From contig OZ241744.1 of assembly GCA_965200965.1 (NCBI GenBank), positions 2,912,001-2,976,000 on the forward strand: a stretch of 64,000 nt of DNA. The letters are read 5' to 3'. Source of the stretch: an uncultured Candidatus Binatia bacterium. Lineage in GTDB: Bacteria > Desulfobacterota > Binatia > Bin18. The translations under genes were made by a program, and so were the position numbers. The notes beneath the pieces were generated by a model. The model was given only the letters and a program-made list of their open reading frames with translations. It was not told where the DNA came from and ran no database searches. Below, piece by piece: positions 51,429 to 61,340 of this stretch; within the stretch, counting starts at the first letter, position 1, and each line of letters opens with the position of its first letter.

Positions 51429-52442
51429 ATGCACGACAGGATTCCAGTGCGTACAGGCGGCGGCTGGCGGCTGCTCATCGGCTTGGTGGTCGGCCTGCTC
51501 GGCTGTGAGCGGCAGACCGCCGAGGTCCTGATTGGTCAACCCGCCCGCCCCTACCATATGGAGTTGAGACTTGAGCCGGCCGTGCCGCGCGCCGGACACG
51601 AAACGCAGCTGCGCTTTCGCCTGTTGGACACGGCCGGCGGGCAGGCGCTCGGCCCGCTCCAAATCCTGCACGAGCGGGCGCTGCATACGTTTATCGTCAG
51701 CCGTGATCTGCGCGTTTTTGCCCATACCCATCATGAAGACTTTTTCCCCCTGACCGCTCAAGACCTGGACGCGGCCAGCTTTCGTTTTCCGCATGTGTTT
51801 CCCTGGGCCGGGGAGTATATGATCGTGAGCGAGTTTACCTACAAGGACCGGAGTTGGGTGAAGCAGTTTCGGGTCCGGGTGGATGGAGCGCAGGCCGCTG
51901 AAGGGGAGGCGGCCGCCGAGCCGGAACTCAGTCGGGACAAAGCCTTCGGCCCATATCGGGTCAGCCTGCGGACCTCGCCCGACCCGCCGCTTGCCGGCCA
52001 CGAGGTTGAACTGGTGTGTGTCTTCAGCCGGGGCGGGACGCCGGTGAGCGATATGGGGCTGTATCTGGGGACCGAGGTGCATATGGCCAGTTGGCGGCTG
52101 GACGGCGAGCATTTTGGCCACCAGCATACCTATACGCCACAGATGGCGGCCCTGATGAACCGGATGAGAACGATGGCGGACGGCTCGGGCCGGGCCGGGG
52201 AGACGGCCGCCCGGATGAACCGGATGATGGTCGAGCTGATGAGCGGGCCGGCCACACAGGCATACTCGGGGCCCGAACTGCCGGTCCGCCATGTCTTTCC
52301 GACCGCGGGTTTGTACAAGCTCTTTTTTGAAACCGCTCCGGGCGGTGAACGCCTGGTGGCGGATTTCACCGTCCGGGTGGTGGACTACGAGGAGGGGCGC
52401 GATACCCGCATTGAGTCCATTGTGGCCGGAGCCGATTTGTGA
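51429..52442 (+). CDS. Lipoprotein with His/Met-rich putative metal-binding repeats
   Basis: Lipobox LLGC; HERALH..F.H.H, YLG...H...H.H; Met-rich insert. Confidence 0.65.
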   Translation: MHDRIPVRTGGGWRLLIGLVVGLLGCERQTAEVLIGQPARPYHMELRLEPAVPRAGHETQLRFRLLDTAGGQALGPLQILHERALHTFIVSRDLRVFAHTHHEDFFPLTAQDLDAASFRFPHVFPWAGEYMIVSEFTYKDRSWVKQFRVRVDGAQAAEGEAAAEPELSRDKAFGPYRVSLRTSPDPPLAGHEVELVCVFSRGGTPVSDMGLYLGTEVHMASWRLDGEHFGHQHTYTPQMAALMNRMRTMADGSGRAGETAARMNRMMVELMSGPATQAYSGPELPVRHVFPTAGLYKLFFETAPGGERLVADFTVRVVDYEEGRDTRIESIVAGADL

Positions 52443-52463
52443 CGCGCGGCTTGGCTGAAGGTA

Positions 52464-52504
52464 GTGAACGTGTCGCCTTCCTCCCGAGCTGATGACACGT
52501 TCAC
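52464..52504 (-). repeat. 41-bp palindromic element, copy 4 (reverse orientation)
   Basis: GTGAACGTGTC-GCCTTCCTCCCGAGCTGAT-GACACGTTCAC, perfect 11-bp arms. Confidence 0.85.
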
Positions 52505-53168
52505 TCCTCCCCGACGGGCGAGACCGTGCCTGTGGTCGGGGCTGGCCGGCGGTGCGGCGGCGGCGTGTCTGATGGTGGCCGGGGCCTGGGCCGGCCACGG
52601 CTTTATGAGCAGCTTTGGCACTATCGAATGGCTGCCCGAGCCGGGCCGGACCCCCGACAGTGCGTGGTATGCCTTGGATAGCTGGGAAGAGGAGGGCCGC
52701 TTGTGGCGCGCCCAGGATGCCGCCCGGCAGACTCCGCTCTACCTGAGCTTTGCCCGGGAAAAGCTGGCCGAGCTTGAGGCCATGATCAAGGCCGAAAATG
52801 CGGCCGCGGCACACATAGCGGCCGACCGCTACCGGGACTATATGGCCCGCGCCGGGCGGCTGATTACTGCGCTTGACCCCGCTGCCTCAGACAAGGAAGA
52901 GTTGGCCGAGGCCGCGGCGACCGCTCTGCTGGAACACCAGTATATCCTGGCCTTTGTCTATGAAGAGCTGCCGGTCGGCTCTCGGGGCATTGTTCCGGTG
53001 CTGCTCAGAGCGGCGCAAAATTACTATGGAGACATCAGCCCACTGTTGTCGCCCAAGAAAAAAGGCGCGTTGTTCTTCAAGGAGGAAGAGGTCCGCTGGA
53101 ATGTCCAAATGGTACTCCGGGCGGACGAAGAGGCATCACCAGGCGCGCCTGGTGGGGCTGGGCGGTGA
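52464..53168 (+). CDS. DUF5667-like protein (start uncertain)
   Basis: LPEPG.TPDS.WY.LD.W.E, A.EKLAEL. Confidence 0.65.
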   Translation: MNVSPSSRADDTFTPPRRARPCLWSGLAGGAAAACLMVAGAWAGHGFMSSFGTIEWLPEPGRTPDSAWYALDSWEEEGRLWRAQDAARQTPLYLSFAREKLAELEAMIKAENAAAAHIAADRYRDYMARAGRLITALDPAASDKEELAEAAATALLEHQYILAFVYEELPVGSRGIVPVLLRAAQNYYGDISPLLSPKKKGALFFKEEEVRWNVQMVLRADEEASPGAPGGAGR

Positions 53169-53210
53169 TCGGCAGAATCATAATGCAACAGCGAAGAAGG
53201 AGGGAAGGCT

Positions 53211-53951
53211 ATGGAGACACGCGAATTTGTCAACACTCTCCGCTCGTATATTCAACACCAGGACCGGCAGCCGCTGCTGGGGCCCGGTTTTTACCAGGGG
53301 GTGATTGACGGGCAGTTGTCCCGCGAGCAGCTCAAGCGCTGGGCCTTGAATCTGTTCTATGTCACCGGTCAGCACATCCGGGCCTTTGGTGGTATTTTCA
53401 TGAATACCGGACTCGGGCCGATGGACCAGCGTATCCGGCGGCATATCGTCGAGAACCTGATCGACGAAGAGACGATCATGGGCCGTGGCGACGACGCCCA
53501 CTGGATGCTGTCCATGCGGCTGGCCAGAGCCTTGGGTGCCGGCGACGAAGAGCTTATGCGTCCGACCGTGGCCAAAGAAGCGGTTGAGTATGTGGACTGG
53601 GTGATTGAACTGGGCCGCCGCGAGTACGGCTTAGTGACCCTGGCCGCGATGTCGATCGGCGGAGAGACCCGCAGCGACAGCGCAATGAAGGGGCTGCTCA
53701 CGGCGCTGCGCGACAAGTACGGCCTGAGCAAACACGAGTTGGGGTTTTTCTACGCCCATGTCGGTGAGGCCGAAGCCCACGGCGAGCCGGTCTTTGAGAT
53801 GGTCGGCGAGTATGCCGACAGTGCCCAGAAGCAGCGCAAGATTCGGGACAGCGTGCAGACCTGGTGCGAGAAGTTCAGCGCCGCCCAAGAGGGGGGCTAC
53901 CGGGTTGCGATGGGGCTGGACTCGGGTATACAAGTTGATCTGCGCCACTGA
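53211..53951 (+). CDS. Heme-oxygenase-like iron-containing redox enzyme (TenA/PqqC/CADD)
   Basis: G.LSREQL..W, ENLIDEE..H, FFYAH..EAH. Confidence 0.85.
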   Translation: METREFVNTLRSYIQHQDRQPLLGPGFYQGVIDGQLSREQLKRWALNLFYVTGQHIRAFGGIFMNTGLGPMDQRIRRHIVENLIDEETIMGRGDDAHWMLSMRLARALGAGDEELMRPTVAKEAVEYVDWVIELGRREYGLVTLAAMSIGGETRSDSAMKGLLTALRDKYGLSKHELGFFYAHVGEAEAHGEPVFEMVGEYADSAQKQRKIRDSVQTWCEKFSAAQEGGYRVAMGLDSGIQVDLRH

Positions 53952-53989
53952 TGGTCACAGGCGCAGCCCACGAACACACAGGAGGTCAT

Positions 53990-55681
53990 ATGTACGATCT
54001 GATTATTGACAACGCCCGGATCGTTGACGGGACGGGCAAGCCGGGTTTCCACGGCAGCGTGGCGGTCAAAGACGGCCTGATCGCCGCGGTCGGCAAGAGC
54101 GCGGGTGAGGCCGCCGACAGGAAAATCAACGCCGACGGCCTCGTGCTCTCGCCCGGTTTTATTGACCCCCATACCCACTACGATGCCCAGGTCGCCTGGG
54201 ACCCGCTGCTGACCTGCACATCCTGGCACGGCATTACCAGCGTGGTGATGGGCAACTGCGGGGTGGGCGTGGCCCCGGTCCGGCCCAGGTCGCGCGATAT
54301 CGTCATGTGGGACCTGGTCAATGTCGAGGCCATCCCCTATGAGGTCATGGAAAAAGGCATTGACTGGCAGTGGGAATCCCACGCCGAGTACCTGGACGCG
54401 CTCCAGCAACGCGGCCTGGGCATCAACATTGCCTCGCTGGCGGCCCTGACCCCGATCCGGCACTACGCGATTGGCGAAGCGTCGTTTGAGCGGGCTGCCA
54501 CCGCCGACGAAATCGCCGCTATGCAGCGCTTGTTCCGGGACGCCATGAAGGCCGGTGCGTTCGGTCTGACGACCACGATTCTGAACAACCACATCGGTTT
54601 TGAGGGCCGGCCGCTGGCCTGCCGGAACGCCAGCCGGGACGAGTTGAGCGCGCTGTGTCAGGTGATGAAGGAAGCGGGCCGGGGCACAATTGAAATTGCC
54701 CTGACCGGGACCAATGTCGGCCAGGTGTCCGACGACGAGTATGAGTTGCTGAAGTTCCTGGTTGATGAGAGCCAACGGCCGGTAACCTTCCTGGCCCTGT
54801 TCAACAAGCCGGGCAAGCCCGAGTCCTACCTGAACGCGGTGGACAAGGTCAAACCCATCCTGGCCTGGGACAAGGCCGTACCGCAGGTGACCTGCCGTCC
54901 GCTGCGGGTCCAGTTCAACATGAAGAACCCCTTTCTGTTCGCCATCTTCTCGTCCTGGCACCAGGTGTTCAACAAGAGCGTAGACGAGCAGATGAAGCTC
55001 TACGCCGACCCCGGCTTCCGCAACGCCTTCCGGGATGAAATGAATCGCCGGCGCATTTTTGCCGGACAGTGGGGCCGGATGACGGTCATTGACGCCAAGA
55101 GCGAGGCCGTGCAGGCCCACGTCGCCAGCAAAAAAACCGTGGCCCAGATCGCCCGCGACCAGGGTAAAGACCCGGTTGATGCCTTCCTCGACATGGCGGT
55201 TGCCGACGAACTCGAACTCCTGTTTGACCTCCAGGCCTTCAATTTTGAGCCAGAGGGGGTCAAGAACCTGGTCAGTGACGACCGGTTCATGATCGGCCTG
55301 TCCGACGGCGGGGCGCACGTTGATATGCTGTGCGACGCCGGCTATGCGACCTACCTGCTCGGCACCTGGGTGCGTGAGCATCAGGTGTTGAGCCTCGAAG
55401 AGGGGGTGCGCAAGCTGACCTCAGTCCCGGCCGACCTGTTCGGCATCCCCAAACGGGGCCGGATCGCCCCGGGTATGGCGGCCGACCTGACCATCTTTGA
55501 TCTGGAGACGGTAGACGCCGTTGATCCCGAGTATGTGTGGGACCTGCCGGGTGGCGGCAAACGTTTTGTCGCCAGGTCCAAAGGCATCAGGAACACCATT
55601 GTCGGCGGCCACATTCTGTACCAGGACAACGAGTACCAGGGCGGAATGCCGGGCCGGGTGCTGCGCAGCTACGAGCGCTGA
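53990..55681 (+). CDS. Amidohydrolase (N-acyl-D-amino acid deacylase family)
   Basis: PGFIDPHTHYD, MGNCG, SDGGAH, G.AADL.IFD. Confidence 0.92.
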   Translation: MYDLIIDNARIVDGTGKPGFHGSVAVKDGLIAAVGKSAGEAADRKINADGLVLSPGFIDPHTHYDAQVAWDPLLTCTSWHGITSVVMGNCGVGVAPVRPRSRDIVMWDLVNVEAIPYEVMEKGIDWQWESHAEYLDALQQRGLGINIASLAALTPIRHYAIGEASFERAATADEIAAMQRLFRDAMKAGAFGLTTTILNNHIGFEGRPLACRNASRDELSALCQVMKEAGRGTIEIALTGTNVGQVSDDEYELLKFLVDESQRPVTFLALFNKPGKPESYLNAVDKVKPILAWDKAVPQVTCRPLRVQFNMKNPFLFAIFSSWHQVFNKSVDEQMKLYADPGFRNAFRDEMNRRRIFAGQWGRMTVIDAKSEAVQAHVASKKTVAQIARDQGKDPVDAFLDMAVADELELLFDLQAFNFEPEGVKNLVSDDRFMIGLSDGGAHVDMLCDAGYATYLLGTWVREHQVLSLEEGVRKLTSVPADLFGIPKRGRIAPGMAADLTIFDLETVDAVDPEYVWDLPGGGKRFVARSKGIRNTIVGGHILYQDNEYQGGMPGRVLRSYER

Positions 55682-55718
55682 TCGTCCGGCCAAGCCGCAC
55701 TAGCAAAGGAGAACACCA

Positions 55719-56492
55719 ATGGCTCTCCGTCTGCGCCAAGTCTGCCTGGTGGCCCAAAAGCTGGCCCCGGTCGTTGATGACCTGAAGACCATCTTTGGTC
55801 TTGAAGTGTGTTTTGTCGATCCGGCCGTCAAGGGCTTTGGCCTGGAAAACTCACTGTTTCCGGTTGGCAACAACTTCCTGGAGGTCGTCGCCCCGATTCA
55901 GGACGATACCGCGGCCGGCCGCTATCTCAACCGCCGCAAGGGCGACGGCGGCTATATGGTCATCTGCCAGTGCGACCGCCATGAGACGCAGCTGGCCCGC
56001 AAAGCCCGTGCCGCCGAGCTTGGCGTCCGCATCGCCTTTGAACACGAGGAGCAGGGCTTCCACGTCATGCAGCTCCACCCGGCCGACACCGGCGGAGCGT
56101 TTTTTGAAATTGACTGGGACGCCAAGATGGAGCCCGAGGGCCACTGGGTACCGGCCGGTGGCGACGGCTGGCCGGCCCAGCGGCGGACCGGGATCATCAG
56201 CGGCTATGCCGCGGTCGAACTCCAGTCGCCCGACCCCCGGTCTCTGGCCGAACGCTGGAGCAGTATCGCCGAGATTCCCCTGCGCCAGGACGCCGAGGGC
56301 CGGACCGAGATGCCGCTCAACAATGTTGGCGTCCGCTTTGTTGAGCTGGGCGATGACCGGGGCGAGGGTCTGGCCGGGCTTGACATCACCGTCGCCGACC
56401 GTGACCGGCTGCTGCGCAGCGCCGAGCAGCGCGGCTGCCGGGTGTCCGATAATCAGGTCGTGGTGTGCGGGCTGCGTTTCACCCTGCTCTAG
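55719..56492 (+). CDS. VOC/glyoxalase-like protein
   Basis: RLRQVCLVA, FLEVVAP, GDGGYMVI, QLHPAD.GG.F.EID. Confidence 0.8.
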   Translation: MALRLRQVCLVAQKLAPVVDDLKTIFGLEVCFVDPAVKGFGLENSLFPVGNNFLEVVAPIQDDTAAGRYLNRRKGDGGYMVICQCDRHETQLARKARAAELGVRIAFEHEEQGFHVMQLHPADTGGAFFEIDWDAKMEPEGHWVPAGGDGWPAQRRTGIISGYAAVELQSPDPRSLAERWSSIAEIPLRQDAEGRTEMPLNNVGVRFVELGDDRGEGLAGLDITVADRDRLLRSAEQRGCRVSDNQVVVCGLRFTLL

Positions 56493-56918
56493 CCGGCCGC
56501 CACCAGTGAGGAGGGGCTTGGCGCGTGGCTGACGGCCACGGCGCTCGGCGCTTCGTGTACCTTCGGCAGCCTGCAACCCCAAGACGCCCGCTATCGGGTT
56601 GCGCTGATTGACGAGTTCCATACCGGCGATGGGGCCTTTGCCAGCGCCCGGGAGAGAAAGACCGCCGGCCGTCTGTCCCGCCGTCCGGTGACTGCCTGTA
56701 GTCAAAAAACACGGCAATTAATTTTTCGCGTTTGCATAAGATGAGCGGATTCAATAAAAACAGGCATTACAGCGCAAATTTGGTCAGAAAACTTGGAAAT
56801 TTTATTCCCCATCCCCAGCCGCCGCGAGCGTACCGAACAGTCATACGCCTGTTTGAAAAAGAGCCAACCTAAAACCGAAAAGACGCCAAGCTCCTGCTAC
56901 GCCGAGCAGACGCCATTC

Positions 56919-58073
56919 TTAGCTTGAAAGAAATCTCCAGTCAGACGGGAAATCACGGCTTCGGGCAATGGAGAGTAGCGGCCCAATTGCCCCTGACAAC
57001 GCTTCGCGCAAGGCCGCCTTGTCTGGAACCCGGTCAATCACATCCAGATTCAATTCCGTGGAGTACGAGTCGAACAGGTCTTCCCATTTCTTCCTGTCGG
57101 GAAAAGTGTGGAACGAGGTAATGGCCAGGAATTGCAAGTCGGTGAATGCGTCGAAATAGGCCGCATTGTCAGGCAGCTTGTCGGACTTTTCGGCGTTGCC
57201 GAATACGCTGACCGGGGCCAGATTCCACAGGTTGTCATGGACGACAAAGGACCACGGCACATAATGGTCAAGGGCGAAGTTGTCCGGGGCAACGCTCTGC
57301 CGCGTATACATGCAGGGGAATTGTACTCCCCGCGCCTCTATCACCCGCCGCCAGAAATTGCGCTGGCGTCTGGTGTTGGGCTTGGCGTTCTCATCGAGTT
57401 TGGTGACAACCGCCGGGGTCACGGGATTCATCCTCTGCATGTAACGCGCCCAATGCCACAAGGTCCATGATTTGAGAATGTGTTCGTTGCGGACGATGTA
57501 TTCCACCCATTTCGGATGAACGATGACATCGCCGGTAGGCGAAAAACGATAGGGCGGCGGTGCGCTCTGCTCGAAGCCCGCTTGTGCCAGATCACGGATG
57601 CGCTGAAACTTCGGCGGTCCGGTCATGCCGCGAGTTTCGGCCTCAAAGAACGGGCTGAGGAAGAGAGAAGGCACATACTTTGTCAGCCCCTCAACGATAG
57701 TGCCGGGAATATCTTGAGGCCGGGCGGCAAATACCTTCCCGCGTAGACGGGTGAGAAGTTTACGCCCCCATTGGGGCGAATCTTCCAGTTGCCGGAACCA
57801 CAGCCCTGTCTGGTCATCCTTGCCGGAACGGAGGCGAAAGACGCATATCGGCCTGCGCGCCGCGTCCAGCATTCCAGCCGCTAAACGCCGCAGGGAGATT
57901 TTCGCAGAACGCACTCCCTCTTCCGCCAGGATGGAAAACAGAGCCGATGCCCAGAGAAACTTATAGGAGGTATTGGTGGACCGGAACGCCGTTGCGAACT
58001 TGGCGATATCCAATCCATCACAGGGAGGCGGGACAGTCCGGCTTCCGCCACGGGGATCAATGTCGCTGGGCAT
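56919..58073 (-). CDS. HNH endonuclease domain protein (restriction-like)
   Basis: N-terminal SYKFLW; C.YT...LDHYVPWS...DNLWNL......N..KSD. Confidence 0.85.
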   Translation of the reverse strand: MPSDIDPRGGSRTVPPPCDGLDIAKFATAFRSTNTSYKFLWASALFSILAEEGVRSAKISLRRLAAGMLDAARRPICVFRLRSGKDDQTGLWFRQLEDSPQWGRKLLTRLRGKVFAARPQDIPGTIVEGLTKYVPSLFLSPFFEAETRGMTGPPKFQRIRDLAQAGFEQSAPPPYRFSPTGDVIVHPKWVEYIVRNEHILKSWTLWHWARYMQRMNPVTPAVVTKLDENAKPNTRRQRNFWRRVIEARGVQFPCMYTRQSVAPDNFALDHYVPWSFVVHDNLWNLAPVSVFGNAEKSDKLPDNAAYFDAFTDLQFLAITSFHTFPDRKKWEDLFDSYSTELNLDVIDRVPDKAALREALSGAIGPLLSIARSRDFPSDWRFLSS

Positions 58074-58279
58074 GGGAAACCGGACATGAATGCGGGGCGG
58101 ACGCGCGTCCGCCCCGCCGGTGACAGATGGTGTCAGGCCCGGGCCAGGGGGCCGCGCAGGAGTTGGCCGGGCAACGCCCCGGTGTGTTCGTTGTTGGGCA
58201 GTACGACTTGGCCGCTAACCACGGTGGCAGGAAACCGGCCGCTTTCTGCTTGAGCCGGCGGGCACCGGCCGGCAGGTCG
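58061..58279 (-). repeat. 219-bp direct repeat: orphan amidohydrolase 3' end + palindrome + HNH start
   Basis: 3 substitutions and one 1-bp deletion versus 59535-59754. Confidence 0.93.
58092..58117. other. Perfect 26-bp GC palindrome (hairpin; second copy at 59566-59591)
   Basis: GCGGGGCGGACGC-GCGTCCGCCCCGC just downstream of the amidohydrolase stop; no clear U-tract. Confidence 0.7.
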
Positions 58280-58540
58280 CGCGTCTTCCGCAGTTTCGGG
58301 ACCGCCCTGATCCCTCTCTCTCAGGTCCGTTACCTCCCCCACTACGAGTCCTCCCGGTCCTCAATAGCCCAGAGTTCTCACGGAGGCAAGAGATCAGGCC
58401 AAAAGAGGGGAGAGGAAAAAGGGCGGGGGGCGGACGCTCCCGCTCCGCCGGGGACACGCAAAATGCAGAACGTCTCAGAAATCCAGCGGATTTCGGTCAA
58501 ATTGACAATGGCGAGCGAAGGGCGTTGATTTTTCTTCTCT

Positions 58541-58606
58541 CTAAGGATTTACTTTTCTCTAAGAAGGGTGTTACTAAGGATTTACTTTTCTCTAAGAAGG
58601 GTGTTA
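58541..58606 (+). repeat. 33-bp perfect tandem duplication in putative promoter
   Basis: CTAAGGATTTACTTTTCTCTAAGAAGGGTGTTA x2. Confidence 0.92.
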
Positions 58607-58651
58607 CTCTCGCAGCGTACTACCAATCAAGGTAGGAAGGAGGAGGGACCA

Positions 58652-58864
58652 ATGGCTCACCGCAAAATCGCTGCACACAAGAGTCCAGAACGCCCCGAGT
58701 TGCAGAGGCTCCTGGACAAAGCGAAGGAGTCGGAGATAACTGAGGAACAGCTACAGCAGCAGCGTATCAGTTTCATCTATGGCAATGCGCCAGAGGGATC
58801 AGGAATCACCAAAGAGATTGCTGAGCGCGCAGCTTCTCGGATACGAGTTACTGACGAGTCGTAA
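58652..58864 (+). CDS. Small protein upstream of Fic, putative antitoxin
   Basis: 70 aa, strong AGGAGGAGG RBS, QQRISFIYGN..IT motif; role inferred from position. Confidence 0.7.
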   Translation: MAHRKIAAHKSPERPELQRLLDKAKESEITEEQLQQQRISFIYGNAPEGSGITKEIAERAASRIRVTDES

Positions 58865-58897
58865 GGGCGGCATCAACCTTTCCTCACTTGGGAAACT

Positions 58898-59470
58898 GTG
58901 CTTATTCTTGAGAAGGACGACCCAGCCCTGTTTCGTCGAGTCCAGGCGCAAAACCTGAATCGACAATATGGGCTTCTTATGAACTGCATCGAAGTTGGTA
59001 TTGAGAAAGGACCAGTTTCCTTTGATAAATATCTGCTTTGGGCGCTCAATCATGTGGCAGTAGCAAATCTCTGTCAATTGGGTGGCCGATTTCGTAAGGA
59101 GCCCGTTTCTATCGGCAATCACCAGCCTCCCCATTTCTTGGAGGTTGATGATTTGATGGACCGCTTCATTACTACTGTCCAGGAAAACTGGTTTGATCTA
59201 ACTCCAACAGCACTTGCCGCTTATGGCCTTTGGCGGTTGAATTGGATACACCCATTTGTGGATGGTAACGGAAGAACAGCCCGTGCAGCCTGCTATTTTC
59301 TAGTATGCGTCCGTGCCAAGTCGTTTTTACCAGGAACAAAAATCCTTCCCGATCGAATACGAGAGTCCAGGGAAAATTACATAGCTGCACTAAGGGCAGC
59401 TGATGAAGCCTGGGAGAGAGAGGAGTCTTGGACTTTTCCCAAATGGAAGAGTACATTGCTCAATTGCTAG
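58898..59470 (+). CDS. Fic family protein, probable C-terminal frameshift
   Basis: HPFVDGNGRTAR canonical motif; GA tract at 59414-59421. Confidence 0.88.
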   Translation: MLILEKDDPALFRRVQAQNLNRQYGLLMNCIEVGIEKGPVSFDKYLLWALNHVAVANLCQLGGRFRKEPVSIGNHQPPHFLEVDDLMDRFITTVQENWFDLTPTALAAYGLWRLNWIHPFVDGNGRTARAACYFLVCVRAKSFLPGTKILPDRIRESRENYIAALRAADEAWEREESWTFPKWKSTLLNC

Positions 59471-59534
59471 GTGAACAATTATCACACCCCTGAAACAGGA
59501 AAAGCGATAGAGCAGCAAACCGTTCTCTGGGCAG

Positions 59535-59754
59535 TGTCGCTGGGCATGGGAAACCGGACATGAATGCGGGGCGGACGCGCGTCCGCCCCGCCGGTGACAG
59601 ATGGTGTCAGGCCCGGGCCAGGGGGCCGCGCAGGAGTTGGCCGGGCAACGCCCCGGTGTGTTCGTTGTTGCGCAGTACGACTTGGCCGTTGACCACGGTG
59701 GCCAGGAAACCGGCCGCTTTCTGCTTGAGCCGGCGGGCACCGGCCGGCAGGTCG
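59535..59754 (-). repeat. 220-bp direct repeat (copy overlapping the intact amidohydrolase 3' end)
   Basis: Matches 58061-58279; ends 13 nt into an HNH start (ATGCCCAGCGACA). Confidence 0.93.
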
Positions 59755-61322
59755 TAGGTCAGCTCGGGCATGAGCGGGGCTACGGTGTCGGGGTTGAAGA
59801 CCACCACATCCGCGGTCATTCCCTCACGCAGCAGGCCGCGGCTGCTCAGACCCCACTGCGAAGCCGGCACAAAGCTCAGCATCCGCACCGCCTCTTCAAG
59901 CGTCACCTGCTGTTTCTCGCGCACCCAATAGCTGAGCAGGTGGGTTTGCAGCGAGGAGTCCATGATCTGGGACACATGCGCCCCGGAGTCCGAGAAGGTC
60001 ACGACCGAACGCGGGTGCTTAATCATCTGGAGGGCGTGGTCTTGGTCCTCGTTGGCCAGGGGTTGCAGGTAGAACTGCTTGAGGCCCTTGTCAAGGGCCA
60101 GGTCAATGAACACCTCGGCCGGGTCCTTGCCCTGTTCCGCGGCGACCTCGGCCACCGAGCGGTGGGGTGGGGTGGGCCGGTCCATGACGAACAGCCAGTC
60201 ATAATCCGCGGCCCGGGCTTCGGGACCGGTTCCCCGGCCGCCATCCGGCTCCTGGGCGCGGGCCTCTTCAAGGAGGTGGCGGCGGAAGTCGGGATCGCGC
60301 AGGGCGGCTTCTTTTTCCTGGAGCGAGCCCATCTTTTTCAGTCGCCGCCAACTTGGCAGACGGTCAAACGGGGTGTTGGTTTCAAATGACAGCACGGCGT
60401 TCAGCGAGCGGCTGTGGACCTGGAGGAACATCCGGCCGCCGGCCGCCGCGGTCTCATCGGCCAAGTCATAATAGGACTGCCAACAGTCCGGGGCCCGCCG
60501 CATGGTGAACATGCCGTAGGTCACGGGCACGCCGGTATCGACTGCCAGGGCCTTGAGGCGGTCCTGATAATCCCGGATGCGATCGGGGTCGCGCCCGGTG
60601 TCTTCGCCGGCGATCTCAAAAATGCCGGCCCCCAACTCGCCCATCACCCCGACCAGTTGGCGGACTTCCTCCCAGTTGGCCAGGCGGCTGGCCACCGGCT
60701 GGCGCTGTGGCGTCTGGTGGTTGCGCGTCCGTGAGGTAGTAAAACCCATTGCGCCGGCCTGAATGGCCCCGCGCACCTGCCGCTTCATGCGATCCAGGTC
60801 ATCCTCGGTCGCCTCGTCGCTGAACGCCCGCTCGCCCATGACATAAGTCCGCAGCGCCGAGTGGCCCATGTAGGCCCCGTAGTTGATGCCCTTGGGCAGA
60901 CGCTCCACGCTGTCGAGATACTCGGGAAAGGTCTCCCAGGTCCAGTTGATGCCGGCGTTCATGGCCTCGGGCGCAATGTCTTCGGCCCGCTCCAGGTTGC
61001 GCATCACCATGTCTTTTTCGCTCTCCTTGCACGGGGCGAGCGAAAAGCCGCAGTTGCCCATAATCACGCTGGTAATGCCGTGCCAGCATGAACACGTCCC
61101 CAGCGGGTCCCAGGATACCTGGGCGTCCATGTGGGTGTGGCCGTCGATAAAACCGGGGGCGACAACGTGGCCCTCGGCGTCAATCGCCTGTGTGGCGCGT
61201 GCTCCCCGAATGCGGCCAATTGAGGCGATTTTGCCGTCAATGATGCCGACATCGGCCCGAAAGCGGGGCAGGCCCGAGCCGTCCACCACCGTTCCATTGT
61301 GAATAATCAGATCGTACTGCAT
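59607..61322 (-). CDS. Amidohydrolase (N-acyl-D-amino acid deacylase family), second paralogue
   Basis: PGFIDGHTHMD, MGNCG, SDSGAH, G.TADVVVF. Confidence 0.92.
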   Translation of the reverse strand: MQYDLIIHNGTVVDGSGLPRFRADVGIIDGKIASIGRIRGARATQAIDAEGHVVAPGFIDGHTHMDAQVSWDPLGTCSCWHGITSVIMGNCGFSLAPCKESEKDMVMRNLERAEDIAPEAMNAGINWTWETFPEYLDSVERLPKGINYGAYMGHSALRTYVMGERAFSDEATEDDLDRMKRQVRGAIQAGAMGFTTSRTRNHQTPQRQPVASRLANWEEVRQLVGVMGELGAGIFEIAGEDTGRDPDRIRDYQDRLKALAVDTGVPVTYGMFTMRRAPDCWQSYYDLADETAAAGGRMFLQVHSRSLNAVLSFETNTPFDRLPSWRRLKKMGSLQEKEAALRDPDFRRHLLEEARAQEPDGGRGTGPEARAADYDWLFVMDRPTPPHRSVAEVAAEQGKDPAEVFIDLALDKGLKQFYLQPLANEDQDHALQMIKHPRSVVTFSDSGAHVSQIMDSSLQTHLLSYWVREKQQVTLEEAVRMLSFVPASQWGLSSRGLLREGMTADVVVFNPDTVAPLMPELTYDLPAGARRLKQKAAGFLATVVNGQVVLRNNEHTGALPGQLLRGPLARA

Positions 61323-61340
61323 GGGACCTCCTTGTGTGTC

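Noticed and set aside
58541-58606. Possible CRISPR array from 33-bp repeats
   Set aside because: Two directly adjacent copies, no spacer, no cas operon
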